Shown here: in pieces, positions 27,245 through 37,201 of the stretch
How the letters are laid out: every line of letters starts with the position of its first letter
Position numbering within the stretch: the stretch's first letter is position 1
Virus record (IMG/VR): IMGVR_UViG_3300025892_001683
Coordinates: 1 to 52,747 of that record
Length of the DNA stretch: 52,747 nucleotides
Origin: a virus
Taxonomy: Duplodnaviria; Caudoviricetes
Direction: 5' to 3' (one strand)
The notes under the pieces: model-generated
The model's input: the letters and a program-made list of their open reading frames with translations, nothing else
Database searches by the model: none
What the model was told of the DNA's origin: nothing
Position numbers and translations under genes: made by a program

Positions 27245-28825
27245 TTATACACCGTAGGAAACATCAAAAGATATATTGCCTGTTTGTCCTGTTGTCAAAG
27301 GATTTTTATAGTACAATACAATTGTTTCTACGCCACTGTCCGTATCATTGTCTCTTAGTTCTACATCAAACTGAAAGTTACTCATAATTTTGCCACCCTC
27401 AGAAGTTGTTCCTAAGTCTGAATATTGATACTCATCTGTAAAACTAATCTTCTGTAAGCCGTCACCGACTGTCATAACTAGTTTTCCGTATCTTACATGA
27501 ACACCTAATCTTAAAATGTAGTTTAACGATATAAAATTGTTTAATGCGCCGAAGACCGCTACTGGTCTAAAACTGTTAGATAAAAATATCTGTGAATTAT
27601 TTCTATTTGTAATCTGTGTAAAGTCTGAATTTACAACCTCTGCTATACCTGTAATTGTTTCTGAACTTACAATACCTGCATTTTGTTGTCTGTTAGAAAA
27701 ACAATTGTGTACAATGTTGTCAGTACTTTCACCAAACGATATCATTGGCCAAACAGGATTGGCTGCTGTGTTAGTGCTGTTACCACAGTTTGTAAATGTA
27801 GACCCTGTAAATTTAGTTCCTGAACCCCAGTTACTTGTAAACACATATCTACTTACTTCTTGGAATTCACAATCTTTAATTTGCCAATTGTTTGCTTGCC
27901 CACTGACACCAATAACATTAATTGATGTATCGTTAATAAAGAATTTACAATCATGGAAGTCAACTTTAGTATCAGTTACAATTGTTTGACTACACTTAAC
28001 ACTCAAAGCATTGCTTTCAAATAAACAGTCCTTAAATTTAATGTCGTCAACTTTGATACCTGCTGTTGAGTTTGTCCAAAACACTGCACTATCTATTGTA
28101 GATAAGTTAATGCTTGTTGAAGGAGTACTTAATAAGTATTCGCCTTTCCAAGTAACATTTTTAAAAGTTGAATTTTTCAAACCTGATATAACAGTTTGTC
28201 CACTTGACCTTTCGATAGTCAAATTCTCAATTACAATATTTTCTGGTCTGTCGCTACTTGTAAAACTTGAAAGCGCAGTTGTTCCTGCAGATGTAATAAA
28301 TTTAATATTTGTTGTGTCTATTTTAAGTTTTGCACCTGACTGTGTTTCTCCACGTAATATTACATTACTAGGTATCTCTAAGTCACTAGTAAATAGGTAT
28401 TCTCCATTAGGTACTTTTAAGACTTTTTTATATGTGTCGTCAGTATTTCTAAATAGTTCTGTAAATGCATTTACAAATGCTTGGTTAGCAGATGTAGAAC
28501 CATCTGGTACGGCACCATAATCAATAACAGAAACTTCAATTTCATCTACCTTACCTAATAGTGTTCTTGGTTGAGATAATGTAATTGCAGGATCGTCTGA
28601 TGAGAATCTATAACTGTTGGCAAGTTCTAGTATGTTATCATGCTCAGTAATTACTTTAGTATTACCTACATACGGAGCACCTTCTTGAACTGAACCGTTA
28701 CCAATATACAGTTCTTGTGTATCTACTGCCCATGCAAGTTCAGCAGAACTTAACTGCGGAACACCACTGCTTGAATTCTTTTGACCTCTACGGATCTGGA
28801 TTTTGCTTATTTGAACAACAGCCAC
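27245..28825 (-). CDS. Virion fibre/tailspike-like protein with beta-helix
   Basis: VVQISKIQIRRG...ELAW..D..ELYIGNG N-terminus; SVIDYGAVPDG pectate-lyase-like start; late promoter upstream. Confidence 0.75.
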   Translation of the reverse strand: MAVVQISKIQIRRGQKNSSSGVPQLSSAELAWAVDTQELYIGNGSVQEGAPYVGNTKVITEHDNILELANSYRFSSDDPAITLSQPRTLLGKVDEIEVSVIDYGAVPDGSTSANQAFVNAFTELFRNTDDTYKKVLKVPNGEYLFTSDLEIPSNVILRGETQSGAKLKIDTTNIKFITSAGTTALSSFTSSDRPENIVIENLTIERSSGQTVISGLKNSTFKNVTWKGEYLLSTPSTSINLSTIDSAVFWTNSTAGIKVDDIKFKDCLFESNALSVKCSQTIVTDTKVDFHDCKFFINDTSINVIGVSGQANNWQIKDCEFQEVSRYVFTSNWGSGTKFTGSTFTNCGNSTNTAANPVWPMISFGESTDNIVHNCFSNRQQNAGIVSSETITGIAEVVNSDFTQITNRNNSQIFLSNSFRPVAVFGALNNFISLNYILRLGVHVRYGKLVMTVGDGLQKISFTDEYQYSDLGTTSEGGKIMSNFQFDVELRDNDTDSGVETIVLYYKNPLTTGQTGNISFDVSYGV

Positions 28826-28856
28826 TTAATAACTCCTAAATTGTTATTAGTATTTA

Positions 28857-29555
28857 TCAGACTGAGTTGTAATACTCTTCTACTTTATTAAGCCACATAT
28901 CCTGGTACTTTGAAAAAGTGTCCTCTGTTACCTCAAATTGCTGGTATTGAAAGGCTCTACTACACATAAAGATAACGCCTGTCTTAATATCTGTGCCATA
29001 TACTTCGTTATGTGCCATAGCGTATGCCACAAGTTGCAAATAGTAATCTTCTACCCATTCTGCTTTCTTAGGCTTATTAGTTTGTTTGTGGTCCATTATA
29101 GCAGGTTTACCCTTATAAACACCACATAAGTCTGTTGTACCTGAGTATAGCCCTGGAAAGTATAAACTTTGCTCCATTGCCCATACTTCGTCAACATCTT
29201 TAAGTCCGTTCTCAATAATCACATCAGCCATCTTGTTCGCTTGTACGTGTACAGGATTGTTTCCTGGCTGTCTTTGCATACCAACTAAGAATCTTTCTAA
29301 GTTGCCGTGCATTGCAGTACCAACTCCGGCTGCTTCAGTTGTAATACGCCTAGCATTTTCTTCACCAACACGCTTGCGCCATTCAATAAGGTGAGTCATA
29401 TCTTTAGTTGCACCAAGGATAGTTGTAACACTTGGAAGTTTTTCACCGTCTGGTGTAAGGTATACACGTTTACGTGTAACTTTATCATTAATTTGTTTCA
29501 GCTCGTTATACTGATATCTTTCTACGAAGGGTGGTGGTGTTAAAGTCTTTGACAT
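28857..29555 (-). CDS. PD-(D/E)xK exonuclease
   Basis: PSVTTIL, GTAMH, YSGTTD, IMDHKQ, QLVAY. Confidence 0.88.
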   Translation of the reverse strand: MSKTLTPPPFVERYQYNELKQINDKVTRKRVYLTPDGEKLPSVTTILGATKDMTHLIEWRKRVGEENARRITTEAAGVGTAMHGNLERFLVGMQRQPGNNPVHVQANKMADVIIENGLKDVDEVWAMEQSLYFPGLYSGTTDLCGVYKGKPAIMDHKQTNKPKKAEWVEDYYLQLVAYAMAHNEVYGTDIKTGVIFMCSRAFQYQQFEVTEDTFSKYQDMWLNKVEEYYNSV

Positions 29556-29556
29556 A

Positions 29557-30207
29557 TTATAATACTAACCTATTGATTGGTGCTTTATCTTTCATCCATG
29601 AATCATGAAAATCTCCGTGTGCAAACACATTAAATGCTAAACAGTAACGCTTGTCTGTGTTAGATGTCATAGGAGTAGTTCCGTGTTCTAGGTAGGAAGG
29701 AAAAAGTATTGTTGTTCCTGTATTTGGTTTTGCTGACCAATTTTTGCTGTTAAAAATATTCCATTGTTTATATTTTGGTTTTAAGAAACCAAAAAGATTA
29801 TGTGCCTGCGGAGCATATATTTCAAACATACTTTCATCGTCGTCTGGAATATTAATATAACAAGTTCCAGATAGCAAACTGTTATCATGATTGTGTGCAG
29901 GTGCAAAATCACCCTGTTTGTGTACTGTTACCCAACTGTTGGTTATGTAAAATTCTATGTCGTCTTGTATTTGTAACATAGCATGTGCATAACCTTGAAT
30001 AATGTTTACCAGGTTGGATTTGAAACCAGCCATAACAGGATTATCTAATACTAGAGTATCTTCGGAGAGCCAGCCAACGCTTGACTCCATTTCATAATAC
30101 TCTAAGTTTCTTATGTGTTTTGCTACTTCTTCCGTAATCGGCAGTTCTGTAACACAGATTGGCTGAGAAAATAGTGGCAGTAGATCGGCTTTGGGTTCAT
30201 GTGTCAT
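29557..30207 (-). CDS. 2OG-Fe(II) oxygenase
   Basis: SW...HNH.NS.LSG..Y, ILFPSYLEH, R..LAFN; start 30207 lies just behind TTGACA-N17-TACTAT. Confidence 0.85.
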   Translation of the reverse strand: MTHEPKADLLPLFSQPICVTELPITEEVAKHIRNLEYYEMESSVGWLSEDTLVLDNPVMAGFKSNLVNIIQGYAHAMLQIQDDIEFYITNSWVTVHKQGDFAPAHNHDNSLLSGTCYINIPDDDESMFEIYAPQAHNLFGFLKPKYKQWNIFNSKNWSAKPNTGTTILFPSYLEHGTTPMTSNTDKRYCLAFNVFAHGDFHDSWMKDKAPINRLVL

Positions 30208-30239
30208 ACTGTATATAGTACTATCATTTTGTTTGCTTG

Positions 30240-31046
30240 TCAAGTATGATTGGCAATTAAATTTCCCCAAGGATGCATCTTTTCCATTGGTAACGTAACT
30301 GTGAAGTTGTGCTGTCCAATTTCAGATACGCCTGCAATTTTTTCACCTGATACCCAGCATCCGCTAGGAGATGAAGTTCTTCCATTATAAGGTTCTCCTT
30401 TCATATGGCAACTGCTGTCAACACTGATAACCACAATCCTAAAGATACTGCTTATTTGTTGTAACCAAGCAGTGTGCCAATCCCAATTAATCTGATCAAT
30501 TAACTCACCATTGCCACGAGCACCATTCGTGCAGTGTATTAGGATATTGACAGCGCCGTCCTTACAATATTGTTGTGGAAGGCAAGTCATTCCTCCGAGT
30601 GGTCCTCCCCAGAAATCATTGCATACCATAACACCGGCAGAGATACCAGGATGATTAGGAAGTTGAATAGGGTCGGTAGTTGGTGCAGGTTTACATCCTA
30701 ACTGTGTATCGTAAGGTATAATTTGGCTTTTCGGTTGATGATTTACAATCGTTCCTTGGTTGTTAATAATTAAACAATCGTTATATAAGTCTTCTCCGTC
30801 TTTTGCCATTGTGCCTAGGAATAAACCTGTTTGTGTTTCTCTCGATGCATTTAGCACAATCTCTAATGCTTCATCGCTTGAATCATTCGGGCTACTCTCT
30901 CCATACCCGCTCAGCGCACATTCTGGAGTGATTGCGTAATCACACCCAGGATTATCATAAAGAGATTTAGCAATATGATTGGCATTTCTAACAGTGTCAG
31001 AAGTGCAGTCCATTTGTATTCCCAAGAATTTTAAATCACTATTCAT
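30240..31046 (-). CDS. Carbon-nitrogen hydrolase (nitrilase superfamily)
   Basis: TPECALSGY (Glu), QPK (Lys), VCNDFW (Cys) triad. Confidence 0.82.
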   Translation of the reverse strand: MNSDLKFLGIQMDCTSDTVRNANHIAKSLYDNPGCDYAITPECALSGYGESSPNDSSDEALEIVLNASRETQTGLFLGTMAKDGEDLYNDCLIINNQGTIVNHQPKSQIIPYDTQLGCKPAPTTDPIQLPNHPGISAGVMVCNDFWGGPLGGMTCLPQQYCKDGAVNILIHCTNGARGNGELIDQINWDWHTAWLQQISSIFRIVVISVDSSCHMKGEPYNGRTSSPSGCWVSGEKIAGVSEIGQHNFTVTLPMEKMHPWGNLIANHT

Positions 31047-31091
31047 AATAGTATATATTTTACGCTGAGAGTTAAAATGTTAAGAGTGGTA

Positions 31092-31451
31092 TTATTGTTG
31101 CGCCAATTGCTGTGGCGCTGCACTTGCTGCTGTAGCATCTACTGCTGCTTGTGCGTCTGTTGCTCCGTCTGCTGGAGTCTCATCGTCTTGTGCTCCGGGA
31201 ACATTCAGTTCAATTCCATCTGCGTTAAAGTTCTTAACTAGATTTTGGATTGCTGGTGAACTATCGTACATCGCTTTGAACATTTCATAATCTGCCATTA
31301 GTGATGCATCGTTTGATTTAAGTATTCTATTAAGTCCTGCCCAATTCATCTTAGCAGGTACTTTCTTAGCAGATGCTCTGCCTATAAGATTTTTTAATAC
31401 AATAACATATCTATCAACCATCATGTTAGGAGAAAATTCTACAAATCTCAT
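31092..31451 (-). CDS. Hypothetical, probable virion protein
   Basis: ORF track; MRFVEF N-terminus; late operon. Confidence 0.7.
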   Translation of the reverse strand: MRFVEFSPNMMVDRYVIVLKNLIGRASAKKVPAKMNWAGLNRILKSNDASLMADYEMFKAMYDSSPAIQNLVKNFNADGIELNVPGAQDDETPADGATDAQAAVDATAASAAPQQLAQQ

Positions 31452-31702
31452 TACTTAATGCTCGCTAGTTGTTTTTGTAAGTCCATAATTTCTTGTTGTT
31501 TGGCTTTGATAGTGTCTTGCAATTCTTTCTTTCTATTCTGCATGTCAAGTGCTTGCTGTGCCATCATCTTGGCTTGTGCTTGTGGATCAGTAGCAGGTGC
31601 TTGTCCTGGAACTGCTGGTGCTGGTGTAGGTGCTGCTCCCATTCCTGCTGCAGGAAGAGCATCAGTAAGTTCTTTGTCTAAATAGAACTCCGACAGTTTC
31701 AT
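31451..31702 (-). CDS. Hypothetical, probable virion protein
   Basis: MKLSEF N-terminus, Pro/Ala linker, coiled coil. Confidence 0.7.
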   Translation of the reverse strand: MKLSEFYLDKELTDALPAAGMGAAPTPAPAVPGQAPATDPQAQAKMMAQQALDMQNRKKELQDTIKAKQQEIMDLQKQLASIK

Positions 31703-31703
31703 A

Positions 31704-32501
31704 TTAACCTGCCAGTGTTTTTAATAAACGTGACTCGTAATTAATTGATTCGCGTGTTTCTCTACCGGCTGTTTCCATTCCGCCTGCTGCTGGTTCTGCT
31801 GTTGCAAAATCATCTGTTGCTGGTGCTTCCGCTGGTGCTTCTGCTGCTGCTGGTTCAGCCATATCAGTTTCGCCACCTTCTTCAGGTTCAGTGCCAAGCA
31901 TATCGCTTGAAGTTTCTTCGCCTGCTAAAACGCCAACTGCGCTTGATAGTGTTTCACGTGTAGTTTTTAAATTTTCTAGTGCTGCTTGAATTGCTGGAGC
32001 ACTTGATTCGATGAATGTCTTTGATTCTGCTTGACCAATTTCATCTCTAATTGAATCGCCTAATTGTAGTAATGTTTCGTTTTCCATTGAAGAAATCTCT
32101 TCAATGAAACGGCTCAATCTGTCAACCATAGTTTTTGCTGTAACAATAGCACTGGCTTGTTGGATTTCACCTTCTGTGACTTTAGTTTCCATTTCTTCTC
32201 CGGAGTTATCTGGTGTTTCTTCTGCTATTTCAAGACCTTTAATAGCAACTTCTTCTCTTTCTTCTAGCTCTTTGTTAATTGCATCAAGCATCCATTGTGC
32301 TTCGTGATATGTATCGCTTTCTAAGTTTTCATTAAACTCAGATGTACTTCTTGCTTGATGTAATTGTGTTCTAAGTTTGTTCCGTGCATCTTCTAATTTT
32401 GCGGCATCAAACGTAGAAAAATCAATTTTCTTGCCAAAAGCCTTGTGAATTGATTCATTCACCTTTGCTGCTTTAGTTTTAAATAGGTCTTGTGTTTTCA
32501 T
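31704..32501 (-). CDS. Acidic coiled-coil protein (head assembly/scaffold-like)
   Basis: ORF track; start moved downstream of the late promoter at 32527; many [LIV]xE sites. Confidence 0.65.
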   Translation of the reverse strand: MKTQDLFKTKAAKVNESIHKAFGKKIDFSTFDAAKLEDARNKLRTQLHQARSTSEFNENLESDTYHEAQWMLDAINKELEEREEVAIKGLEIAEETPDNSGEEMETKVTEGEIQQASAIVTAKTMVDRLSRFIEEISSMENETLLQLGDSIRDEIGQAESKTFIESSAPAIQAALENLKTTRETLSSAVGVLAGEETSSDMLGTEPEEGGETDMAEPAAAEAPAEAPATDDFATAEPAAGGMETAGRETRESINYESRLLKTLAG

Positions 32502-32533
32502 TGCTCTCTTCCCAGATGTTATAATATATTTAT

Positions 32534-32974
32534 TCAAAAGCCTGTCAAAAGTTCTGCTCTCGACTTAGCATATAGTGCTTTTTCTTTTGCTATGTCGTAT
32601 CTTGTCCACAAAATCTCTGCTCTTGCTTCGTTACTGTTATTTACCGCTTTATGGTAGTTATCCAAATGAAATTTGCTATCTAAAAAATATTTGCTATATT
32701 CTCTATCAATTGCGAATAATTGGGTAGTAAGGCTTTCATTTTTTCCACTTGCTAGATTGTTTGCTATCTTAATTGCAACGCAATTAAGTGATATTTCGTT
32801 AAACTTAACTACTCCGTCAACTACTATATCTTTTAGTGGGCCAGCACTCTTTATGAGTACGTTTCCTACTAGAATTCCTTCTGCTGTTCGGGTTGGCAGA
32901 TGTATTCCGTTATCTATAAATTTCTTATAGACGGAGTTAACTAGTTGTTCAAAACGTTTTGATACTTCATTCAT
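32534..32974 (-). CDS. Hypothetical protein
   Basis: ORF track. Confidence 0.7.
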   Translation of the reverse strand: MNEVSKRFEQLVNSVYKKFIDNGIHLPTRTAEGILVGNVLIKSAGPLKDIVVDGVVKFNEISLNCVAIKIANNLASGKNESLTTQLFAIDREYSKYFLDSKFHLDNYHKAVNNSNEARAEILWTRYDIAKEKALYAKSRAELLTGF

Positions 32975-33022
32975 AAAAAAAGGCCCTTAGGCCAATATTT
33001 ACTCTTTCTATACTTGTGAGTG

Positions 33023-33262
33023 TTACATCTTGAGTAGAATTGTAACTACTATTGAAAGAACTGCTGCAATTACAGTACCTGTAGTACCTATAATAACTTT
33101 TGTTAATCCTTTTTGTCCTTCTGTAATATCTTTATGAATGTGAGCAACCTTAACTTCTAGGTTATTCATACGTGTGTCTAACTGCTCGTATCGAAGAGCG
33201 CACAGGTCAACGTGTGCTTCTAAACTTTCTCTTTCTAAACTTGTTGTTTGGCTTTTTGCCAT
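33023..33262 (-). CDS. Small coiled-coil protein with C-terminal TM helix
   Basis: LEAHVDLCALRY, coiled coil, hydrophobic tail; GGAG SD. Confidence 0.75.
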   Translation of the reverse strand: MAKSQTTSLERESLEAHVDLCALRYEQLDTRMNNLEVKVAHIHKDITEGQKGLTKVIIGTTGTVIAAVLSIVVTILLKM

Positions 33263-33374
33263 CTTTTGTTCTCCAAAACAAATCCCCTCTCTAGGGACAA
33301 TTAGTAAACTTGTTAGTTGGCCTAATGTGTTTTTAAGATAGCCTAAATGTAATTAAATGTAATTGCCTATATGT

Positions 33375-33665
33375 TTATTTATCATCATTGCGTTCAAATA
33401 GTTTCCTAATAAGTCCTTTTATACCGCCTAATTCAACCTTAACTTCAACCATTTTATCTGCTGCCTTTTCGACTCTATCAAACATATCCTTAATTACAAA
33501 CATAACCCAGAACCACCATACAGCACACACACCAGCCATAATGCTTACGCCCACATAAACTATGTTATGTGCTTCTATGTGTAATCCCCATAGTGATAAT
33601 AGAAAGCCAAATATCATAAAAAAGATAGTGCTCATCATTATTGTATTGTAATATAGTTTGTTCAT
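33375..33665 (-). CDS. Small two-TM membrane protein
   Basis: Two hydrophobic helices and a charged tail. Confidence 0.65.
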   Translation of the reverse strand: MNKLYYNTIMMSTIFFMIFGFLLSLWGLHIEAHNIVYVGVSIMAGVCAVWWFWVMFVIKDMFDRVEKAADKMVEVKVELGGIKGLIRKLFERNDDK

Positions 33666-33713
33666 ATTAATATTTACTCCAAGATAGGGGGCGATAATAC
33701 TGCCAGTATATGC

Positions 33714-34091
33714 TTAAGATTTTTCAATCCAGATGTTTTGATCTCCGTTAAGAGTCATAAAACATGCTTTGGATAGTGTTTCTGTTTCTGTTAGATTTTT
33801 TATAATTGGAATGCCATGCAAGTCTTGCTTCAATAAGCCAACAGGATCATCTCCCTTAGTAAAAGTATCTTCACGTTCAACTTCAAAGTTCCAATGCCAG
33901 TAGGCAATGTCGTTAGAAACTGTTCGGATAGGATCTTTTGGCCATTGAGTATTTGCTCTCATGCCTATGCCTTGGACCAACGTATTGAAATTGCTTTGTT
34001 GGCCTTGTTTAATTTGATCAGAATCTGCTCTGTCGGGGTTAGAGCGTGTAATGTCAATTATTGTTTTAATTGTGTAACCTGGCATAGTCAT
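33714..34091 (-). CDS. Hypothetical protein
   Basis: ORF track; T.IDIT...QQSNFNTL.Q.IG.R. Confidence 0.7.
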   Translation of the reverse strand: MTMPGYTIKTIIDITRSNPDRADSDQIKQGQQSNFNTLVQGIGMRANTQWPKDPIRTVSNDIAYWHWNFEVEREDTFTKGDDPVGLLKQDLHGIPIIKNLTETETLSKACFMTLNGDQNIWIEKS

Positions 34092-34107
34092 AGTATTTAG
34101 TGGTCAT

Positions 34108-34139
34108 AAAAAAAGGGTGCCAACGAATTGACACCCTTT
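34108..34139 (-). terminator. Rho-independent terminator
   Basis: GGGTGTCAA-TTCG-TTGGCACCC followed by T7. Confidence 0.85.
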
Positions 34140-34156
34140 CAAAGTTATAAAACTTT

Positions 34157-34543
34157 TTACAGTTTTGGTTCTACAATGTTTTCAATTGTTGTTACTGCAC
34201 CAGTTACTGCATAAGCGTTTGTGCCGTCTGCTGTAATTGTACCAGTAGTTTGAATGTGTAAGAACAATACGTCTGTAGTTGCGCTTACGAAAGCAGAACC
34301 GTCTGCTGTTCCCATTCCAACAATTACTCCAGCATCGTCAGTTCCGTTTACGTTACCTGCTTCGATACCTTTTACAATTGTATTAACTTCTGCATCAGTC
34401 ATGTTAGTTTTTGCAACTTTCACGACAAAGATTTTTCCAGCCAAACCAGATGATTTAGACATCTTGTTATAGTTGGAAGTCAGTACTGAAGCAGTTGCTC
34501 CTGCGTTAGTTACTGTTTGTGCTAAACTTGATAAATCAGCCAT
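34157..34543 (-). CDS. Probable virion structural protein
   Basis: A/G/T-rich, AGGAGG SD, late operon, MADL start. Confidence 0.7.
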   Translation of the reverse strand: MADLSSLAQTVTNAGATASVLTSNYNKMSKSSGLAGKIFVVKVAKTNMTDAEVNTIVKGIEAGNVNGTDDAGVIVGMGTADGSAFVSATTDVLFLHIQTTGTITADGTNAYAVTGAVTTIENIVEPKL

Positions 34544-34560
34544 TTGTTATTCCTCCTATA

Positions 34561-35043
34561 TTAAAGTGCTGCTAATGGAAAACCACTTACCACTGCTACA
34601 GTTGCCGCGTTAAGGTTAACTGGACCAACGCCTGCTGCTGTTTTTGCTTGGATTAGATCTTCTAAGTGTGCTGCGAAAGTCTCTTCGTTTGCTCCGTCGT
34701 AACCGTCAGTTCCGTAGTCACCTTCGATAAGCACAGTTATAACTTGACCGTTATTAGCACCGTCTGATCTTGTTTCAGACATACCAACGATAGTTCCCAT
34801 TGATTTGATTGTTTCAACAACTTCTTTTACAGCCCCTGTTGGTCCCATTTCGGTAGCACCAAAATCAGTTCCGTTTACTGCAAAGTCGATGTCAAACGCT
34901 GCAAGTGTTTTGCCTAAAGTACTTAGACCCTTGTCAAGCGTTCCTGTTGTATTTAGACCATAGTTGACACCTAAAGCGCCACCTACATTTGATCCAGCGG
35001 CATTACTATCTGCATAGTTTCCCGCAATTCTTAAATCAGCCAT
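34561..35043 (-). CDS. Probable virion structural protein
   Basis: A/G-rich, GAGGAG SD, late promoter at 35105, MADL start. Confidence 0.7.
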   Translation of the reverse strand: MADLRIAGNYADSNAAGSNVGGALGVNYGLNTTGTLDKGLSTLGKTLAAFDIDFAVNGTDFGATEMGPTGAVKEVVETIKSMGTIVGMSETRSDGANNGQVITVLIEGDYGTDGYDGANEETFAAHLEDLIQAKTAAGVGPVNLNAATVAVVSGFPLAAL

Positions 35044-35164
35044 TATATTTTCTCCTCTGATAATGTTAACTCCTCTCCGGAGCCGCTATTTTTGTTAGCA
35101 CTTGTATTTATCCAAAAAGGGTTTTTTCAGGAGTTATGGTGTTTTTTTAGGGGTTTTTAGCGAA

Positions 35165-36265
35165 TTAATCGCTTTTAAAAGGTGTCCAACGGTCTCTTGG
35201 TACTAGTTTAACCTTGTCTTTGGTTTTAACATAGCCTTCTCCGCCTGGCTTGCCGCCTGTAGTAGAAACTACATCACCTTCAGCCTTATCAAGTTCATCA
35301 ATGATCTCGTTCTTGGCTTTCATCAGTTCAGTTACAAGATAAAAGATATCTTTCATTACTTGTTCCTGTTCCTTAGCAATATTTAGTATCTTGTCTTGTT
35401 TGTTAGCAGATACCTTTGAATTTTGAAGCCAATTGAGGAAACTGTTTACATTTAAGTCTTCTAGTTTCTTAGCACGACTCATTTGATTTATGTAGGTATA
35501 GAATATATTATTTAGGTCACTTAGTCCTGCACGTTTTTCAAAGAACTTAGAAATATTACCCTGTGCTTGATTTGCTACCTTTTCAATATTACCTAAGTTG
35601 TCAGCATTTACAGCAGGTGCTTTACTTACATACTGTTGTCCTAGTACTATAATTTCTGATGATCCATTAAACTGTTTAACATCTGATATAGGAGTTCCGC
35701 TCTTGTCACCAAAGTATTGGTAAGTGTTATGTGCTGCTACTGCAACTTTGCTTTTTGCAATGCGTCTTCCTAAATCACTATCTGCTCTTACATTGTAAGT
35801 TACTTGGTTAGGTGTAAAACTAATACTGCCATCACTGCCATCATATGGCTTTCCAGGATAGTATAGCAAGTCTGCATAAATGTATCCCTTAAAGTCTGCT
35901 GGTGTTGCTTTCTCAAATATAGGCCAAAGGTCTGCCATTTCACCTGCGAATCTTTCACGCCAGTCCTCGCCTTTGCCTCTGCTCATAATAAACTTTTTAA
36001 GTTCTTCTGGACTACCTGACTTGCCTTCTTCTCTACCCCAGTTGTTCTTGCCAACTAGTCTAAAGGTCCCATCATCGTCACGTCCCCAGTATAGTGTAGG
36101 ATAACCATCCCACTTGATAGCAACATCTGAACTGTCCTGTTCCATATCCTTAATGATTTGAACAGCACGTTTTGCTCCATCATCTGGATTAGTAAACACT
36201 AGATCCTCAAGGTGATTAAACTCTCTACCTACTGTTGCTTCTGTTAAAAATTCAAATGCTCTCAT
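35165..36265 (-). CDS. Ligase-fold nucleotidyltransferase-like protein (DUF6267-like)
   Basis: HLEDLV, KWDG (motif I-like), ADLLY (III-like), GEGYV (IV-like), KLV.R (V-like); MRAFEFLTE N-terminus. Confidence 0.6.
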   Translation of the reverse strand: MRAFEFLTEATVGREFNHLEDLVFTNPDDGAKRAVQIIKDMEQDSSDVAIKWDGYPTLYWGRDDDGTFRLVGKNNWGREEGKSGSPEELKKFIMSRGKGEDWRERFAGEMADLWPIFEKATPADFKGYIYADLLYYPGKPYDGSDGSISFTPNQVTYNVRADSDLGRRIAKSKVAVAAHNTYQYFGDKSGTPISDVKQFNGSSEIIVLGQQYVSKAPAVNADNLGNIEKVANQAQGNISKFFEKRAGLSDLNNIFYTYINQMSRAKKLEDLNVNSFLNWLQNSKVSANKQDKILNIAKEQEQVMKDIFYLVTELMKAKNEIIDELDKAEGDVVSTTGGKPGGEGYVKTKDKVKLVPRDRWTPFKSD

Positions 36266-36420
36266 TTTTTAAGTAACTTCTTTTGTCTGTTTGTTTTATC
36301 CACATACTTTGCATGCGGAATCTTTAAATTCTTCTTGCCATATACGTCACCAATGGTATGCATTTTGCCTGGCTTGTCAAATGCACTGTACCTAATGTCA
36401 ACTACTTCATTTATTCTCAT
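36262..36420 (-). CDS. Small basic protein (52 aa)
   Basis: Translated by hand: MRINEVVDIRYSAFDKPG...; ATGA overlaps at both ends. Confidence 0.65.
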   Translation of the reverse strand: MRINEVVDIRYSAFDKPGKMHTIGDVYGKKNLKIPHAKYVDKTNRQKKLLKK

Positions 36421-37199
36421 TTAACAACATCAATCATCTGTCGCATCCAACCAATTGTGCCTGGCTGAAAACTTTCTAATTGACCTTCTTTAGGAAGTTC
36501 TAATCCATCCTTTTCAAACGTTTCTCTTGCATCTGCTACAAGTTCCTCATAGTTAGGTAACTTCTTAATGTAACTTATAATGCCTTCCACGCTATCCATA
36601 GTAGATGGAGTTGCAGTTTGACCTAACAGAGTTTTTGCTACCGCGTTAGGATCTTTTGTTATTAACTCGTTTGTTTCTCTATCCATTAAACCATTATTCG
36701 CTGACCACTTCATATCCTTAGTTTTCGCTATGCTGGCAAGCAAGATGTGTCTGTGAACCCCTTTGAATGGGCTACCCTCACCGCTTCCCTGTAGGCTAAA
36801 TTTCATCCATTCAGGATCACCAAACATAAGGTCTGTTTGCACAAAACCGTTTGCTGGGTCGCCCTTGATTGGAGTTTTGAAGTGAACCGAAATGCCTGAC
36901 TTTCGTATCCACATCTTAGTGTTTTCACCTTCGTGATTCTTTGATACGTAATCTGCTAGTTTGCTTTCTAGATCTGCTTTAGTTGTTTTTGTTGTGTCTA
37001 CAGCAACATCAATGTCTCCACTGTCTGCTTTTTTGCCGGTAGTACCTAACATGTTATCTGTTAGTTCTAAGTCAATAATACCTTCAAGCCACTGTAGGGT
37101 TGGTACAATGTCATTCTTTTGAATTCTTTGTGTGGCAGGGTTCCCTTCAGTATCTTTGAATATATTCCCACCTTCATTTAAAAGTTCGTTGCCTGACAT
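36417..37199 (-). CDS. Pol-beta superfamily nucleotidyltransferase-like protein
   Basis: LGTTGKKADSGDIDVAV (hG[ST]...DxD) and downstream VQTD. Confidence 0.7.
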   Translation of the reverse strand: MSGNELLNEGGNIFKDTEGNPATQRIQKNDIVPTLQWLEGIIDLELTDNMLGTTGKKADSGDIDVAVDTTKTTKADLESKLADYVSKNHEGENTKMWIRKSGISVHFKTPIKGDPANGFVQTDLMFGDPEWMKFSLQGSGEGSPFKGVHRHILLASIAKTKDMKWSANNGLMDRETNELITKDPNAVAKTLLGQTATPSTMDSVEGIISYIKKLPNYEELVADARETFEKDGLELPKEGQLESFQPGTIGWMRQMIDVVK

Positions 37200-37201
37200 T
37201 A

